Source: a virus (Duplodnaviria > Caudoviricetes). From it: 29,422 nt of DNA. Of this stretch, positions 16,907 to 25,371 are shown piece after piece. Location of the stretch: positions 1 to 29,422 of the IMG/VR virus record IMGVR_UViG_3300028587_000030, one strand, 5' to 3'. The notes beneath the pieces were generated by a model. That model had not been told where the DNA came from and ran no database searches. It saw only the letters and a program-made list of their open reading frames with translations. Positions within the stretch are counted from its first letter, which is position 1; every line of letters begins with the position of its first letter. Both the position numbers and the translations under genes were made by a program.

Positions 16907-17080
16907 ATGACCACCACAGAACACGATCTCTTCACCGAAGAGGACGCTCAGCCGGCCGAGCGATGCGTTGCCGGCAAGATTCCCGAGCCTGGCAACGTCC
17001 GGCTCTGCAAGCTGTCCAAGGAGCACGCCGGCGAGCACGAGGCCTTCTGGCTGGAGAAGCTGATCCGGTGGGCGTCATGA
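16907..17080 (+). CDS. hypothetical protein, leaderless (MTTTEHD...)
   Basis: C...C...H..H metal-binding-like pattern. Confidence 0.65.
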   Translation: MTTTEHDLFTEEDAQPAERCVAGKIPEPGNVRLCKLSKEHAGEHEAFWLEKLIRWAS

Positions 17081-17382
17081 CTCGGATCAGGAACGATCAC
17101 GTCTACGTCGAGACCTCACTGGGCAAGGGATACGTGGATCGCAGCGAGCCGACCCCGATTGGCCGGCTCGTGCATCCCCGCTACTTCCCGTACGTCATCC
17201 TGGCCGATGGCACGCGCGAGGATCTACCGGAGACCCGCAACCTGTACGGACCGCTCAGCGACTCGGCCGTCCTGATGATCGCGGATCGGCTCTGGGACGG
17301 ACCGCGCATCCACGAGCCCGAGGAGCCCGACAGGCCGTGCACATCCATACGCTGCAAGTACTGGGGCCATGATCATGAGTGA
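17077..17382 (+). CDS. hypothetical protein (MTRIRNDH...)
   Basis: ATGA overlap; tiles. Confidence 0.65.
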   Translation: MTRIRNDHVYVETSLGKGYVDRSEPTPIGRLVHPRYFPYVILADGTREDLPETRNLYGPLSDSAVLMIADRLWDGPRIHEPEEPDRPCTSIRCKYWGHDHE

Positions 17383-17390
17383 GGTCTGAG

Positions 17391-17561
17391 ATGCCCTTGA
17401 AAGGAAAGGCTCAGCGGACAATCTGTCCTGCCTGTGGACGCTCGGTAGCGTTCCGCGAGGACTGGCAGACCTGGCGCGTCTACGGGCGTAGCTTCGTGCT
17501 CCGCAACCACAACGCCAGGCCTGGCGAGCCGTGCCCGAAGGATCGAGTCTGGGAGGTCTGA
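17391..17561 (+). CDS. small Zn-binding protein
   Basis: CPACGR...H...C; GAGG SD. Confidence 0.6.
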   Translation: MPLKGKAQRTICPACGRSVAFREDWQTWRVYGRSFVLRNHNARPGEPCPKDRVWEV

Positions 17562-17701
17562 TGGCCTGCATCTATCGACCGCGGTGTTGGTTTGCCTACC
17601 GCGGATGGGTCGGCTCTAGCTCGCCCAAGTGCGTCCGCTGTGGCCGGCCTAATCCGAATTACCGTCCCGAGGACGATCCCTTCGCTACTAAGGAGAAGTG
17701 A
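17561..17701 (+). CDS. 46-aa Cys-rich protein (MACIYRPRC...CVRCG)
   Basis: GGAGG SD; TGATG couplings on both sides. Confidence 0.55.
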   Translation: MACIYRPRCWFAYRGWVGSSSPKCVRCGRPNPNYRPEDDPFATKEK

Positions 17702-17814
17702 TGCAGTTTCTGGCCGGCCTGCTGGCCGCTGTGGTCGTGGTCAAGACTGCTCGTGTCTGGCTGCCGGCTCTGGCCGTCGTGCTGTTGATCTTGTGGATCG
17801 CGGTGGCGGTATGA
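17701..17814 (+). CDS. 37-aa membrane peptide
   Basis: AAGGAG SD; almost entirely hydrophobic. Confidence 0.55.
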   Translation: MQFLAGLLAAVVVVKTARVWLPALAVVLLILWIAVAV

Positions 17815-17930
17815 GCTTCTGGGATAAGGCGCTCCTCGGGTCGGGGATCTTCCTGATCGCGGTGTGCCTAGTGGCGGTAGCCATCCTGGCGATCATCGCG
17901 GTCGGCATAGCGCAGGAGGCGATCGGATGA
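17811..17930 (+). CDS. 39-aa membrane peptide (MSFWDKALL...)
   Basis: ATGA overlaps; one TM segment. Confidence 0.55.
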   Translation: MSFWDKALLGSGIFLIAVCLVAVAILAIIAVGIAQEAIG

Positions 17931-18118
17931 GCGAGCGCAGGACACGCAACGACCCGCGGGAGCGCAAGACCGGCCTGGCCTTCCGCATCTCCGCGGAGGA
18001 GAAGCAGAAGTTGATCTTGGAGCCGGCCGAGCGCCACGGCCGCTCGATCACGGACCAGGCCATGACCATGCTTCGCTACGCGCACGAGCACATGGGCCAG
18101 ACCGATGACCAGGCCTGA
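17927..18118 (+). CDS. ribbon-helix-helix DNA-binding protein
   Basis: LAFRISAEEKQKL...AERHGRSITD; AGGAGG SD. Confidence 0.7.
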   Translation: MSERRTRNDPRERKTGLAFRISAEEKQKLILEPAERHGRSITDQAMTMLRYAHEHMGQTDDQA

Positions 18119-18515
18119 GCCGATCCGCGCCGGCCGCGGCCATGTCCAGCACGTCGGCATCCGAGTGGACGTAGGGGAGTTCACGCCGGAATGGCGCTGG
18201 CTCCCGATCTGTGGCGAGCAGGCGAAGCGCTGGTGGCGCACCGGCAAGGCCAGGGACCCGCGGCCGTGGTGCTCCCGGTGCCTCTGGAAGCAAGCCAAGA
18301 TCAACGAGGCCACTGGCACCTACAACCATGAGGATCTGAGCCTCTGGCCGGCCTCGCTGCTGGCCGCTCTGGTCAGCCGGCTAGGCGATCTCGTGGTGCT
18401 CACGCGCGATGAGGTCGAGGCCGCGGATCTACGGCTCACGGTCACGCGCGACCACGACGACGACACCTACATCTTGCACAGGGAAGAGATCACCGATGAC
18501 CGAGATGCTGTTTGA
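18105..18515 (+). CDS. hypothetical protein, Zn-binding N-terminus
   Basis: H...PICG...CSRC. Confidence 0.65.
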   Translation: MTRPEPIRAGRGHVQHVGIRVDVGEFTPEWRWLPICGEQAKRWWRTGKARDPRPWCSRCLWKQAKINEATGTYNHEDLSLWPASLLAALVSRLGDLVVLTRDEVEAADLRLTVTRDHDDDTYILHREEITDDRDAV

Positions 18516-18807
18516 GGGCTATCCCGACCCGCCGAGACCTCCCGACCCGCCCAAGCTCTCAGCCGGCCAGCGGCTCACCCTACGAAACAAGGCCAAGCTG
18601 GAGTCCGGCTTCAACCCTGGCACCGGCCTTCCCTTAGCGAACAACGGCCAGACGTGCGGATCGTGTGATCATCTCGTGCATCGCCGGCTCGGCAGCACGT
18701 ACCTCAAGTGCGACCTGACGCCGATGAGCGGTGGAGCGTCCTCAGACATCCGCGCGCACTGGCCGGCGTGCATCAGTTGGACTCTTCGCACGCCTGATGC
18801 TGATTAG
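18496..18807 (+). CDS. hypothetical Cys-rich protein (MTEMLFEG...)
   Basis: TCGSCDH...YLKC...WPAC. Confidence 0.65.
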   Translation: MTEMLFEGYPDPPRPPDPPKLSAGQRLTLRNKAKLESGFNPGTGLPLANNGQTCGSCDHLVHRRLGSTYLKCDLTPMSGGASSDIRAHWPACISWTLRTPDAD

Positions 18808-18827
18808 GTAACAAATCAACTAACCTG

Positions 18828-19793
18828 TTGGCCGTGGAACGGCCTGCCATCCCGCTTTGCCGTGTCTCAGACCTACCTCGGCTATTCTGCTCCCACTGCC
18901 AGCCGGTGGAACCCACTGAGGGAGAACGTGACTTTATGGCCACGATGATCGACGCCGAGCCAGTGGGGACGAGCTACCAACCGATCCCACTCACGTACCG
19001 ATCATCGCGCTGGCACCTAGGGACCAGGCGTGTCCAGGCCATAGTCTGCGACCACAACCCAACGGACACCTTCCTTTGTAGCGAATGCGCCGGTACCTTC
19101 CGAGCGCTACTGGAGGACATCCCCAGTCTCTTTACCGAGCTAGAGATCCACCTGACCAGGCAGAGCACGTTTCTGGAGCTTGGTGCACCCAAGGAGGCCG
19201 ACCCTGAGGAGGCAAGCGTTCCCTGGGCCGAGCAGGCGTCCAAGGCGATCCGCGGTCTTTGGGCGGCGATCGGTGGCCGGCCGGTGCCGAGAGCGCGTGA
19301 GCTACTGGCCGACTGGGACAACGTGCTGCGCCGGCACGAGGTAGCCGAGCTAGCCTCGCGGATCTCCTACGCCTCTAGCGTGGCCAGGGCCGTGATCGAC
19401 GCGCCGAGACCGAAGGTCTACTACGGGCCATGCCCGAAGTGCAAGAAGGACATCTATCAGGAGCGGGTCGACGCGGATAGCTTTGTTCGCTGTCCATCCT
19501 GCACGTACTACGCGCCGAGAGCCGAACATCTTGCTACTGAGCTAGAGATCATGGCCGACAAGGAGCTAACGCTGACCAAGCTGGTCCAGACGCTCAACGA
19601 TGGAGGCGAGCCGACCACCAGGCAGGAGATCGAGAACTTGATCTACCGGGCCAACGGCGATCTCCCTCCGCTGCCTCGGGAGAAGCGCAACATGCCACGC
19701 TGGATCGGCCGGCGACTGGAGTTGCACGAGGTCTACGTCTATCGGCTGGGCACTGTCCGCGAGTTCCTAGCCAAAAAGCGCGCTCGGAGCTAG
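18828..19793 (+). CDS. Zn-finger/HTH protein, probable late transcriptional regulator
   Basis: LCSEC, GPCPKC...CPSC, C-terminal winged-HTH-like YRLGTV; position before the packaging region. Function is inferred. Confidence 0.65.
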   Translation: MAVERPAIPLCRVSDLPRLFCSHCQPVEPTEGERDFMATMIDAEPVGTSYQPIPLTYRSSRWHLGTRRVQAIVCDHNPTDTFLCSECAGTFRALLEDIPSLFTELEIHLTRQSTFLELGAPKEADPEEASVPWAEQASKAIRGLWAAIGGRPVPRARELLADWDNVLRRHEVAELASRISYASSVARAVIDAPRPKVYYGPCPKCKKDIYQERVDADSFVRCPSCTYYAPRAEHLATELEIMADKELTLTKLVQTLNDGGEPTTRQEIENLIYRANGDLPPLPREKRNMPRWIGRRLELHEVYVYRLGTVREFLAKKRARS

Positions 19794-19803
19794 ACCTGGC
19801 CGG

Positions 19804-19826
19804 ATGGCACTGCTAAAGTGTCATAC
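19804..19826 (+). promoter_or_regulatory. extended -10 leaderless promoter (second copy)
   Basis: TGCTAAAGTGTCATACATGACCACCACAG matches 16891-16919 at 28 of 29 positions. Confidence 0.65.
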
Positions 19827-20036
19827 ATGACCACCACAGTACAGAATTTCGAGACCGCTCCCGAGGAGCCTGATTCTCCTCCCGCGGTCACCACGCGCGT
19901 TGTCCACGTCCGCGCTTCCGATCGACTGATCGACTGGCCTAGCGCTTCCATCATGATCGTCCTGGCCATCTGCTTCACGGCGTACTGGATCTTCCTCGGC
20001 ATGGGGTGGATCGAGCCAGCCAACTACGACCGATGA
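19827..20036 (+). CDS. single-TM protein, leaderless (MTTTVQN...)
   Basis: Hydrophobic IMIVLAICFTAYWIFLGM. Confidence 0.65.
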   Translation: MTTTVQNFETAPEEPDSPPAVTTRVVHVRASDRLIDWPSASIMIVLAICFTAYWIFLGMGWIEPANYDR

Positions 20037-20248
20037 TCGGCTACTGCGCTGGAGGATGCGGCCGGCGCGTGATCGTGGACTTGATCATCTGCGAGCATTG
20101 CGACGCCGCGCTTCCTCCCGACCTCACCGACAAGATCAACTCAGCCATCGACCGGTTCGATGAGACCAGGCCGGACACCGTAGACGACCTCGCGGAGGCC
20201 TACGACGCGGCTGTCCTTTGGCTCAAGGGACCGAGGCTGGCGTCGTGA
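20033..20248 (+). CDS. hypothetical Cys-rich protein (MIGYCAGGC...CEHC)
   Basis: ATGA overlap. Confidence 0.6.
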   Translation: MIGYCAGGCGRRVIVDLIICEHCDAALPPDLTDKINSAIDRFDETRPDTVDDLAEAYDAAVLWLKGPRLAS

Positions 20249-20322
20249 GCAACATCGAATTGGCCCTGATCGTCGCGGCGATCTTCACTGCCTGCTTCTT
20301 CGTCATCGGCAGCCGGCGATGA
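20245..20322 (+). CDS. 25-aa membrane peptide
   Basis: GTGA overlap; MSNIELALIVAAIFTACFFVIGSRR. Confidence 0.45.
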   Translation: MSNIELALIVAAIFTACFFVIGSRR

Positions 20323-20494
20323 GCGCGGTTGCCGGCCCTGTCGAGTTGACGGCCACGTTCGCCGGCCTACTTCTGGGCGCATCCCTAGCCACCTACCCAA
20401 TCGAGCACCACGCAGGCGTCATCATGGCCCTACTGGCAGGCCTGCTTCTCGTCCTGGCGGTTTACCTCCGCTTCCACCACACAGAAGGAAGATC

Positions 20495-21328
20495 ATGAAC
20501 GACGACCTGTTGCCGATCCCTAGCATCGAGCACAAGTACCCAGCCATCCTCACCGACATCGCGGAGATCACTCCCGAGATCGCTACGGAGCTACTGTCTC
20601 GGAACACGCACAACCGGCGCGTCAAGGAGTCCAAGATCATCCAAATGGTCCGAGACATCCACGCCGGCCACTGGGAGCTAAACGGCGAGGCGATCAAGTT
20701 CTCTCAGACCGGCGTGCTCCTCGACGGCCAGAATCGGCTCACCGCGGTTGTCCAGGCCGAGAAGTCGATCGATTCCGTTGTGATCTACGGACTTCCCGAC
20801 GTGGCTCAGCGCTCGATGGACCAAGGGATCAAGCGGACCTTCGCTGACTCTCTTGTGATGGATGGCGAGTCCAACTCGCGTGAGGTCCAGGCCGTGGTCA
20901 ACCTCCTGCTCCGCGATCTCAACCAATCGCGCCGGTACACGCCGACTCAGGGCGAGATGGATGCCTACCGCAGTGGGAAGGAGGCCGCGCTACAGGTCGC
21001 CGGCATCGCTGGGAACCGCTATCGCCGGCAGATCCCTGGCTTGCTCCTCCCGGTGGCCGGCGCTGCGTTCTACCTCATCAGCGAGAAGGTCGATGGCTCT
21101 AACGCGGAAGAGTTCTTTGAGTCGATGGCCGAGAACCGTACGGACGGTAGGGGAGATCCGCGCCGAGCGCTGCTGTTCCAACTGGCTCGCGATCATCACC
21201 GCAGGACCACCCGAGATCGCAATGATCAACTCAACATGGTGCTCAAGGCCTGGAAGGCCTGGAACAACGGCAACAACATGGTGGTGTTCCGCAACATCGC
21301 CGGGTCCAAGTTTGAAACTCCACTCTGA
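20495..21328 (+). CDS. ParB/Srx-like (DGQHR-type) protein
   Basis: ITPEIA...NRR...GHWELNGEAI...LLDGQNRL; AGAAGGAAG SD. Confidence 0.78.
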   Translation: MNDDLLPIPSIEHKYPAILTDIAEITPEIATELLSRNTHNRRVKESKIIQMVRDIHAGHWELNGEAIKFSQTGVLLDGQNRLTAVVQAEKSIDSVVIYGLPDVAQRSMDQGIKRTFADSLVMDGESNSREVQAVVNLLLRDLNQSRRYTPTQGEMDAYRSGKEAALQVAGIAGNRYRRQIPGLLLPVAGAAFYLISEKVDGSNAEEFFESMAENRTDGRGDPRRALLFQLARDHHRRTTRDRNDQLNMVLKAWKAWNNGNNMVVFRNIAGSKFETPL

Positions 21329-21339
21329 AAAGGATCTCC

Positions 21340-21702
21340 ATGACCAAGCTCCTCTCAACACTCCCCAACGGCCAGAACAACGGCCTCGACTCGATCGCTA
21401 GCCAGCTAGTGAACGAGCCGGCCAAGACCCACATCTGCATCGTCGTGCTGGACTGCAAGAAGGTCGAGACCGACACCGACTCTGGCGACGTGATCCCTCA
21501 CGCGCGCATCCGGCGCATCGAGCCGATCAACGAGGACCGTAACAAGGTAGCGATGCTGCTCCGCCGAGCCCTGGAGGAGCGCACTGGCGAGACCTTGCTT
21601 CCCTTCGACACTGAGGAAGAGATGGAGGGTATCTTCTCGGGCCTCGATCCCAAGACCGGCGAGATCCGGCGCGATCAACCGTTTGAGGATGAGGGCGAAT
21701 GA
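21340..21702 (+). CDS. hypothetical phage protein
   Basis: AAAGGA SD; good codon bias. Confidence 0.75.
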   Translation: MTKLLSTLPNGQNNGLDSIASQLVNEPAKTHICIVVLDCKKVETDTDSGDVIPHARIRRIEPINEDRNKVAMLLRRALEERTGETLLPFDTEEEMEGIFSGLDPKTGEIRRDQPFEDEGE

Positions 21703-21878
21703 CCGAGCCCGTTTACCGGAGGCAGACCACTCCTGAGACCTCCCTTGTGACCGAGGAGATCGACGCGATGTCCACGGCCTACGAGGCGATGAAGGCACTG
21801 GACAAGGAGTCCGCGCGTCGTGCTCTGCGCTGGCTGGCCGATCGCCTCGGCCTCGGCTCCCCGATGGGGCCGTTCTAA
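21699..21878 (+). CDS. hypothetical protein, 59 aa (MTEPVYRR...RRALRWLADRL)
   Basis: ATGA and TAATG couplings; not in the ORF track. Confidence 0.6.
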   Translation: MTEPVYRRQTTPETSLVTEEIDAMSTAYEAMKALDKESARRALRWLADRLGLGSPMGPF

Positions 21879-22324
21879 TGCCCAACGGCTACCGGCGAGG
21901 CCACCGCTATCGGAGGAACGGCCGGACCTACTACCGCAGGAGGGCCAGGATCAAGCCGGCCACCAAGAAGTCGATCTTGGGCGTCACCGTGGTCACCGCG
22001 GGAGTGCTCACCGCGCTCGGCTCGGGCGTCTCGGTGCTGGTGGTCGCCGGGGCGCTCGGGCTGGGCTTCCTCGTGATCAAACACCGACGCCGGATCTTCC
22101 GGCCCCTACGAGGCAAGGCCGTCAGTTGGGCCAAGAGCCATCGGGCGAGCCGGGAGCCTGAGGTCCGCTTGCTCAGTCGAGATCCAGAGCTTCGCCGGCG
22201 CATCCCTAGCAACAGAGAGGATCAGGACGTGTATCTAGATGCTCAGCTTCGGCCTCATGCCGCGGATGGCAAGTTTGTCTCCCTGGACGAGTACCGACGC
22301 CGGCGAGAGGCGAGGGGCGCATGA
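21878..22324 (+). CDS. basic membrane protein
   Basis: Arg-rich N-terminus and two hydrophobic segments. Confidence 0.65.
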   Translation: MPNGYRRGHRYRRNGRTYYRRRARIKPATKKSILGVTVVTAGVLTALGSGVSVLVVAGALGLGFLVIKHRRRIFRPLRGKAVSWAKSHRASREPEVRLLSRDPELRRRIPSNREDQDVYLDAQLRPHAADGKFVSLDEYRRRREARGA

Positions 22325-22638
22325 CGCTCACCGAGTTTCTGCTGGAGCGGATCGCTGAGGACGAGGCCGAGCTACAGGAGTACGAGCGCCGGTGGGAGGC
22401 CAAGGTCAGCGGAGATGATCATGTGCTATTCACCGATGAGGAGTACATGGGCGTGTGGATTCCACCAGAGCGTGTCCTGGCCGAGTGCCAGGCCAAGCGC
22501 CGGATCGTGGAGCGAGCGCTCCGCTTGCAGGAGGGCCAGCAGCTAGGCATGCGGTACGTCTGGCAGTGCCTAGCGGATCTCGCGGCACCCTACGCCGGCC
22601 ACTCCGCCTACGACCCGGCCTGGAGGGCGAACGGATGA
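22321..22638 (+). CDS. DUF6221-like actinophage protein
   Basis: EFLLERIAEDE...PERVLAECQAKRRIV...LAAPYAGH...YDPAWR. Confidence 0.8.
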   Translation: MTLTEFLLERIAEDEAELQEYERRWEAKVSGDDHVLFTDEEYMGVWIPPERVLAECQAKRRIVERALRLQEGQQLGMRYVWQCLADLAAPYAGHSAYDPAWRANG

Positions 22639-22781
22639 CCGATCTCGTTGCCGGCATCCTGCTTGGCCTGCTCGCCGTCTCCCTTGTCTTCTTCGGCATC
22701 CAAGTGCGCAAGCTGTGGCAGATCTCCCGGTGGTGGAACAAGACCTACCCGAGGGACCGGTCCGACACGCCGGATCGCTAG
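22635..22781 (+). CDS. single-TM protein (MTDLVAGILL...)
   Basis: GGAGG SD; ATGA overlap. Confidence 0.6.
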   Translation: MTDLVAGILLGLLAVSLVFFGIQVRKLWQISRWWNKTYPRDRSDTPDR

Positions 22782-22856
22782 CGCTAGTTGATTTTCAGTT
22801 GATCATCGTGAAGTATGGGCGCGTCGATCAGCCTGCCCACAGGAGGGCTTGCCACG

Positions 22857-23210
22857 GTGGAATTCGGTGGATTCACCATCGTCGGAACGGCCGTGATCAG
22901 CTTCCTGATCGGTGCAGCCGTAGCCACTCTGGTCTATCGCTGGGCCGAGGTGCGACCCGAGAGAGCCAAGATCGAAAGCGAGCTACAAGCCTGGCTGGCA
23001 CTCGGAGAGCGCTACGTGCCAAGGCGAGTGAACTACGCGCCGAGAGTGGATCGGAGGCCGACATCCCCCATAGCCGGCGCCTCTGCTCAGCGCCGGGGTG
23101 CACGAGCACTGCCGGACAGTGCGAGAGGCATCGACGGGCACCAAGGCCGAGCCCGAAGGACCGAGGCTACGGACAGGGACACCGAACAGCGTTCCGGCCG
23201 GCCGTCCTAG
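22857..23210 (+). CDS. membrane protein (GTG start); 3' part overlaps the HNH gene
   Basis: AGGAGG SD; TM segment IVGTAVISFLIGAAVATLVY. Confidence 0.5.
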   Translation: MEFGGFTIVGTAVISFLIGAAVATLVYRWAEVRPERAKIESELQAWLALGERYVPRRVNYAPRVDRRPTSPIAGASAQRRGARALPDSARGIDGHQGRARRTEATDRDTEQRSGRPS

Positions 23211-23404
23211 CCCGAGACCCGATCTGCGTTCTCTGCAAGGAAAGACCCAGCACCGTAGCCGACCACTGGCCGCGCTCCCGTAAGCAACTGGTCAAGCTCG
23301 GCCTCAACCCTGACGATCCGACCTATGGCCGCGGCCTCTGCGATTCCTGCCACGGTAGGGAAACGGTCAAGAATCAGCCGGGAGGATTCAATGCCCCAAG
23401 GTGA
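23063..23404 (+). CDS. packaging-associated HNH endonuclease (HK97 gp74-like); apparent ATC start
   Basis: CSAPGC...CERH, RGYG, RDPICVLC, VADH, GLCDSCH. Confidence 0.82.
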   Translation: MPHSRRLCSAPGCTSTAGQCERHRRAPRPSPKDRGYGQGHRTAFRPAVLARDPICVLCKERPSTVADHWPRSRKQLVKLGLNPDDPTYGRGLCDSCHGRETVKNQPGGFNAPR

Positions 23405-24068
23405 CTACGCTCTCGGCCGGAAGGTTGAGCACGACCCTCGCTCGCGCAACTTTCCCTTCCGAGCTACGAGATCCACGGCGGAGATCCGCACGGTCCGTTG
23501 GTACAACTGGGGACCACGGCTCGACCAGGGCAACGTCGGAGCCTGCACCGGCTTCACGATGGCGAACTTCCTGAACACCTACCCGGCACACAAGCCTCGA
23601 TCTCCCTACTACCGCAACGATGACGGCCTGCGCTTCTACAGCAGGGCTACCGAGCTAGACATTTGGGACGGCTGGTACAACCTCGCCACCGGCAAGGTCG
23701 ACACCGGGTCATCGGGCAACGCCGCGTGCAAGGCCGCTCGGGAGGAGGGCCGGATCGCTAGCTGGCATTGGATCATGGAAGGCGTAGAGCAACTGAAGCT
23801 CGCGCTCCTCGATGGCCCGGTGATGGCCGGCACGACGTGGACTGACACGATGTTTGAGCCTGACGACCAGGGCTACCTCGATGTCGCCGGCGAGCCGGTC
23901 GGGGGTCATGAGTACCTGATCGTCGGCTGGAACCAACGTTCGCACTACTTCACGATGCTCAACAACTGGGGCCTGTGGGGAGCACGAGGCCACGCCAAGA
24001 TCAGCGAGGGCGCGACGGCTGAGCTACTGGCCGATCGTGGTGATCTGGTCGTACCTGTACCGCTATGA
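23391..24068 (+). CDS. papain-like (C1 family) cysteine peptidase
   Basis: DQGNVGACTGF (Gln oxyanion and catalytic Cys), GGHEYLIVG (His), NNWG (Asn); GGAGG SD. Confidence 0.88.
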   Translation: MPQGDYALGRKVEHDPRSRNFPFRATRSTAEIRTVRWYNWGPRLDQGNVGACTGFTMANFLNTYPAHKPRSPYYRNDDGLRFYSRATELDIWDGWYNLATGKVDTGSSGNAACKAAREEGRIASWHWIMEGVEQLKLALLDGPVMAGTTWTDTMFEPDDQGYLDVAGEPVGGHEYLIVGWNQRSHYFTMLNNWGLWGARGHAKISEGATAELLADRGDLVVPVPL

Positions 24069-24511
24069 ACGAGCCCTGGATCTACCGCATCCGTGAGGTG
24101 GTAGAGATCAAGGACGGCGACACCTACATCCTCGTAGTGGAGAAGGAGGAGCCGTACGACTTCGGCTTCCACGTCAAGATCGACCCTGAGGCAAGGATCA
24201 ATTGCCGGCTCCTCGGATGGGACACTCCCGAGAAGAGCAAGGGATCTGCCTTTGAGCGAGGCAAGGCAAGGGAAGCGGAGCAGCAGGCCGCGGCCTACTT
24301 CGGCGCCGTAGCTGACAGCCTGTGGGTTCGCACCGAGAAAGATCCGGCTGACATCTACGACAACTTCGGACGCTGGCTAGGCGACATCTGGACAGAGGAC
24401 GACGCCGGCAATGTGCTCCATCTAGGCCAGTACCTCGCCAATCTCAAGCTCGCTACACCCTGGCCCATCCGCTGGAGAGACCAGTACGACATCCCTAGCA
24501 GGACAAGCTGA
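24065..24511 (+). CDS. thermonuclease (SNase-like)
   Basis: IKDGDT, RLLGWDTPE, DNFGRWLG. Confidence 0.88.
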   Translation: MNEPWIYRIREVVEIKDGDTYILVVEKEEPYDFGFHVKIDPEARINCRLLGWDTPEKSKGSAFERGKAREAEQQAAAYFGAVADSLWVRTEKDPADIYDNFGRWLGDIWTEDDAGNVLHLGQYLANLKLATPWPIRWRDQYDIPSRTS

Positions 24512-24714
24512 TGTGCATCATGGGGCCGAGGCAGGCCGAGATCTACCTCTCCTCGGTGAAGGTGCTTCCCTTCCGGCCGGTGTGCTGGATGAGTCCAGCC
24601 GGCACACAGCCTCCACCCAACCCTGGCATCCATGACCTGTGGCTAGAGGGTGAAGAGGCTTGGCTGTGGGATGGTGTGTGCTGGCTTCCCTACCGTGAAA
24701 GGCAAGGCGCTTGA
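24511..24714 (+). CDS. hypothetical protein
   Basis: TGATG coupling; Trp-rich. Confidence 0.45.
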   Translation: MCIMGPRQAEIYLSSVKVLPFRPVCWMSPAGTQPPPNPGIHDLWLEGEEAWLWDGVCWLPYRERQGA

Positions 24715-24893
24715 ACAGCTTGGCCTCCCTGCTCGACTGCTCTACCAGGCAAGAGCTACAGGACTGTTGGCTCAGCCTCACTGAGGAGGAGCGTAGAGAG
24801 CTACGGTCTAGCTCACTGCTGGCTAGCCATGCATGGGGCGTGCTCAAGCGCAGCCCGAGCCCGAGGTCGCGACACCGAGAGCAGGCAGCATGA
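24711..24893 (+). CDS. hypothetical protein
   Basis: TTGA and ATGA overlaps. Confidence 0.5.
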   Translation: MNSLASLLDCSTRQELQDCWLSLTEEERRELRSSSLLASHAWGVLKRSPSPRSRHREQAA

Positions 24894-25150
24894 TCGTCCA
24901 CTCACTCACGCTAGTCATGATCAACGGTGATGAGTACACGCGCCATAACCTCACAACGGAAGCGCTCGACAGCATCCGTAGCCAGCTAGGGAACGCGGAC
25001 ACTTGGTTGCTCAGGATGGAGGAGCACCTACAGGCCGGCGAGCAGACTCGCCTAGTGTTCGTAGACAAGGTCGTCAGCGTGGAGATCGTCAGCTACGAGG
25101 TCGATGATGACCCTGGGGACTTGCCCTCCCCGGTGGGGGCGTCCGATTGA
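24890..25150 (+). CDS. hypothetical protein (MIVHSLTL...)
   Basis: ATGA overlap. Confidence 0.6.
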   Translation: MIVHSLTLVMINGDEYTRHNLTTEALDSIRSQLGNADTWLLRMEEHLQAGEQTRLVFVDKVVSVEIVSYEVDDDPGDLPSPVGASD

Positions 25151-25371
25151 CCACCGCCCAGCCTCGCGCGGCCGCGGACGGATAAATCGGATTCCGTGGG
25201 GGGTCGAACTTCCAAGCCTCTAGCCGGTTTGGTTGGATGCTGGGGTGCTGATCCCTACCAGGGTTGGAAGTAGGCTAGGCAGTCCGGGAGGGCACCGGCC
25301 AGAGGTCGACGGGCTGACGACGGCGCGGCCCCTCCCGGTAACCGTGGGGCGCTACCGCTAGGGTGATCTCC

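Noticed and set aside
25150-25370. tRNA or other structured RNA
   Set aside because: No cloverleaf or convincing T-loop could be built around GGTCGAA.
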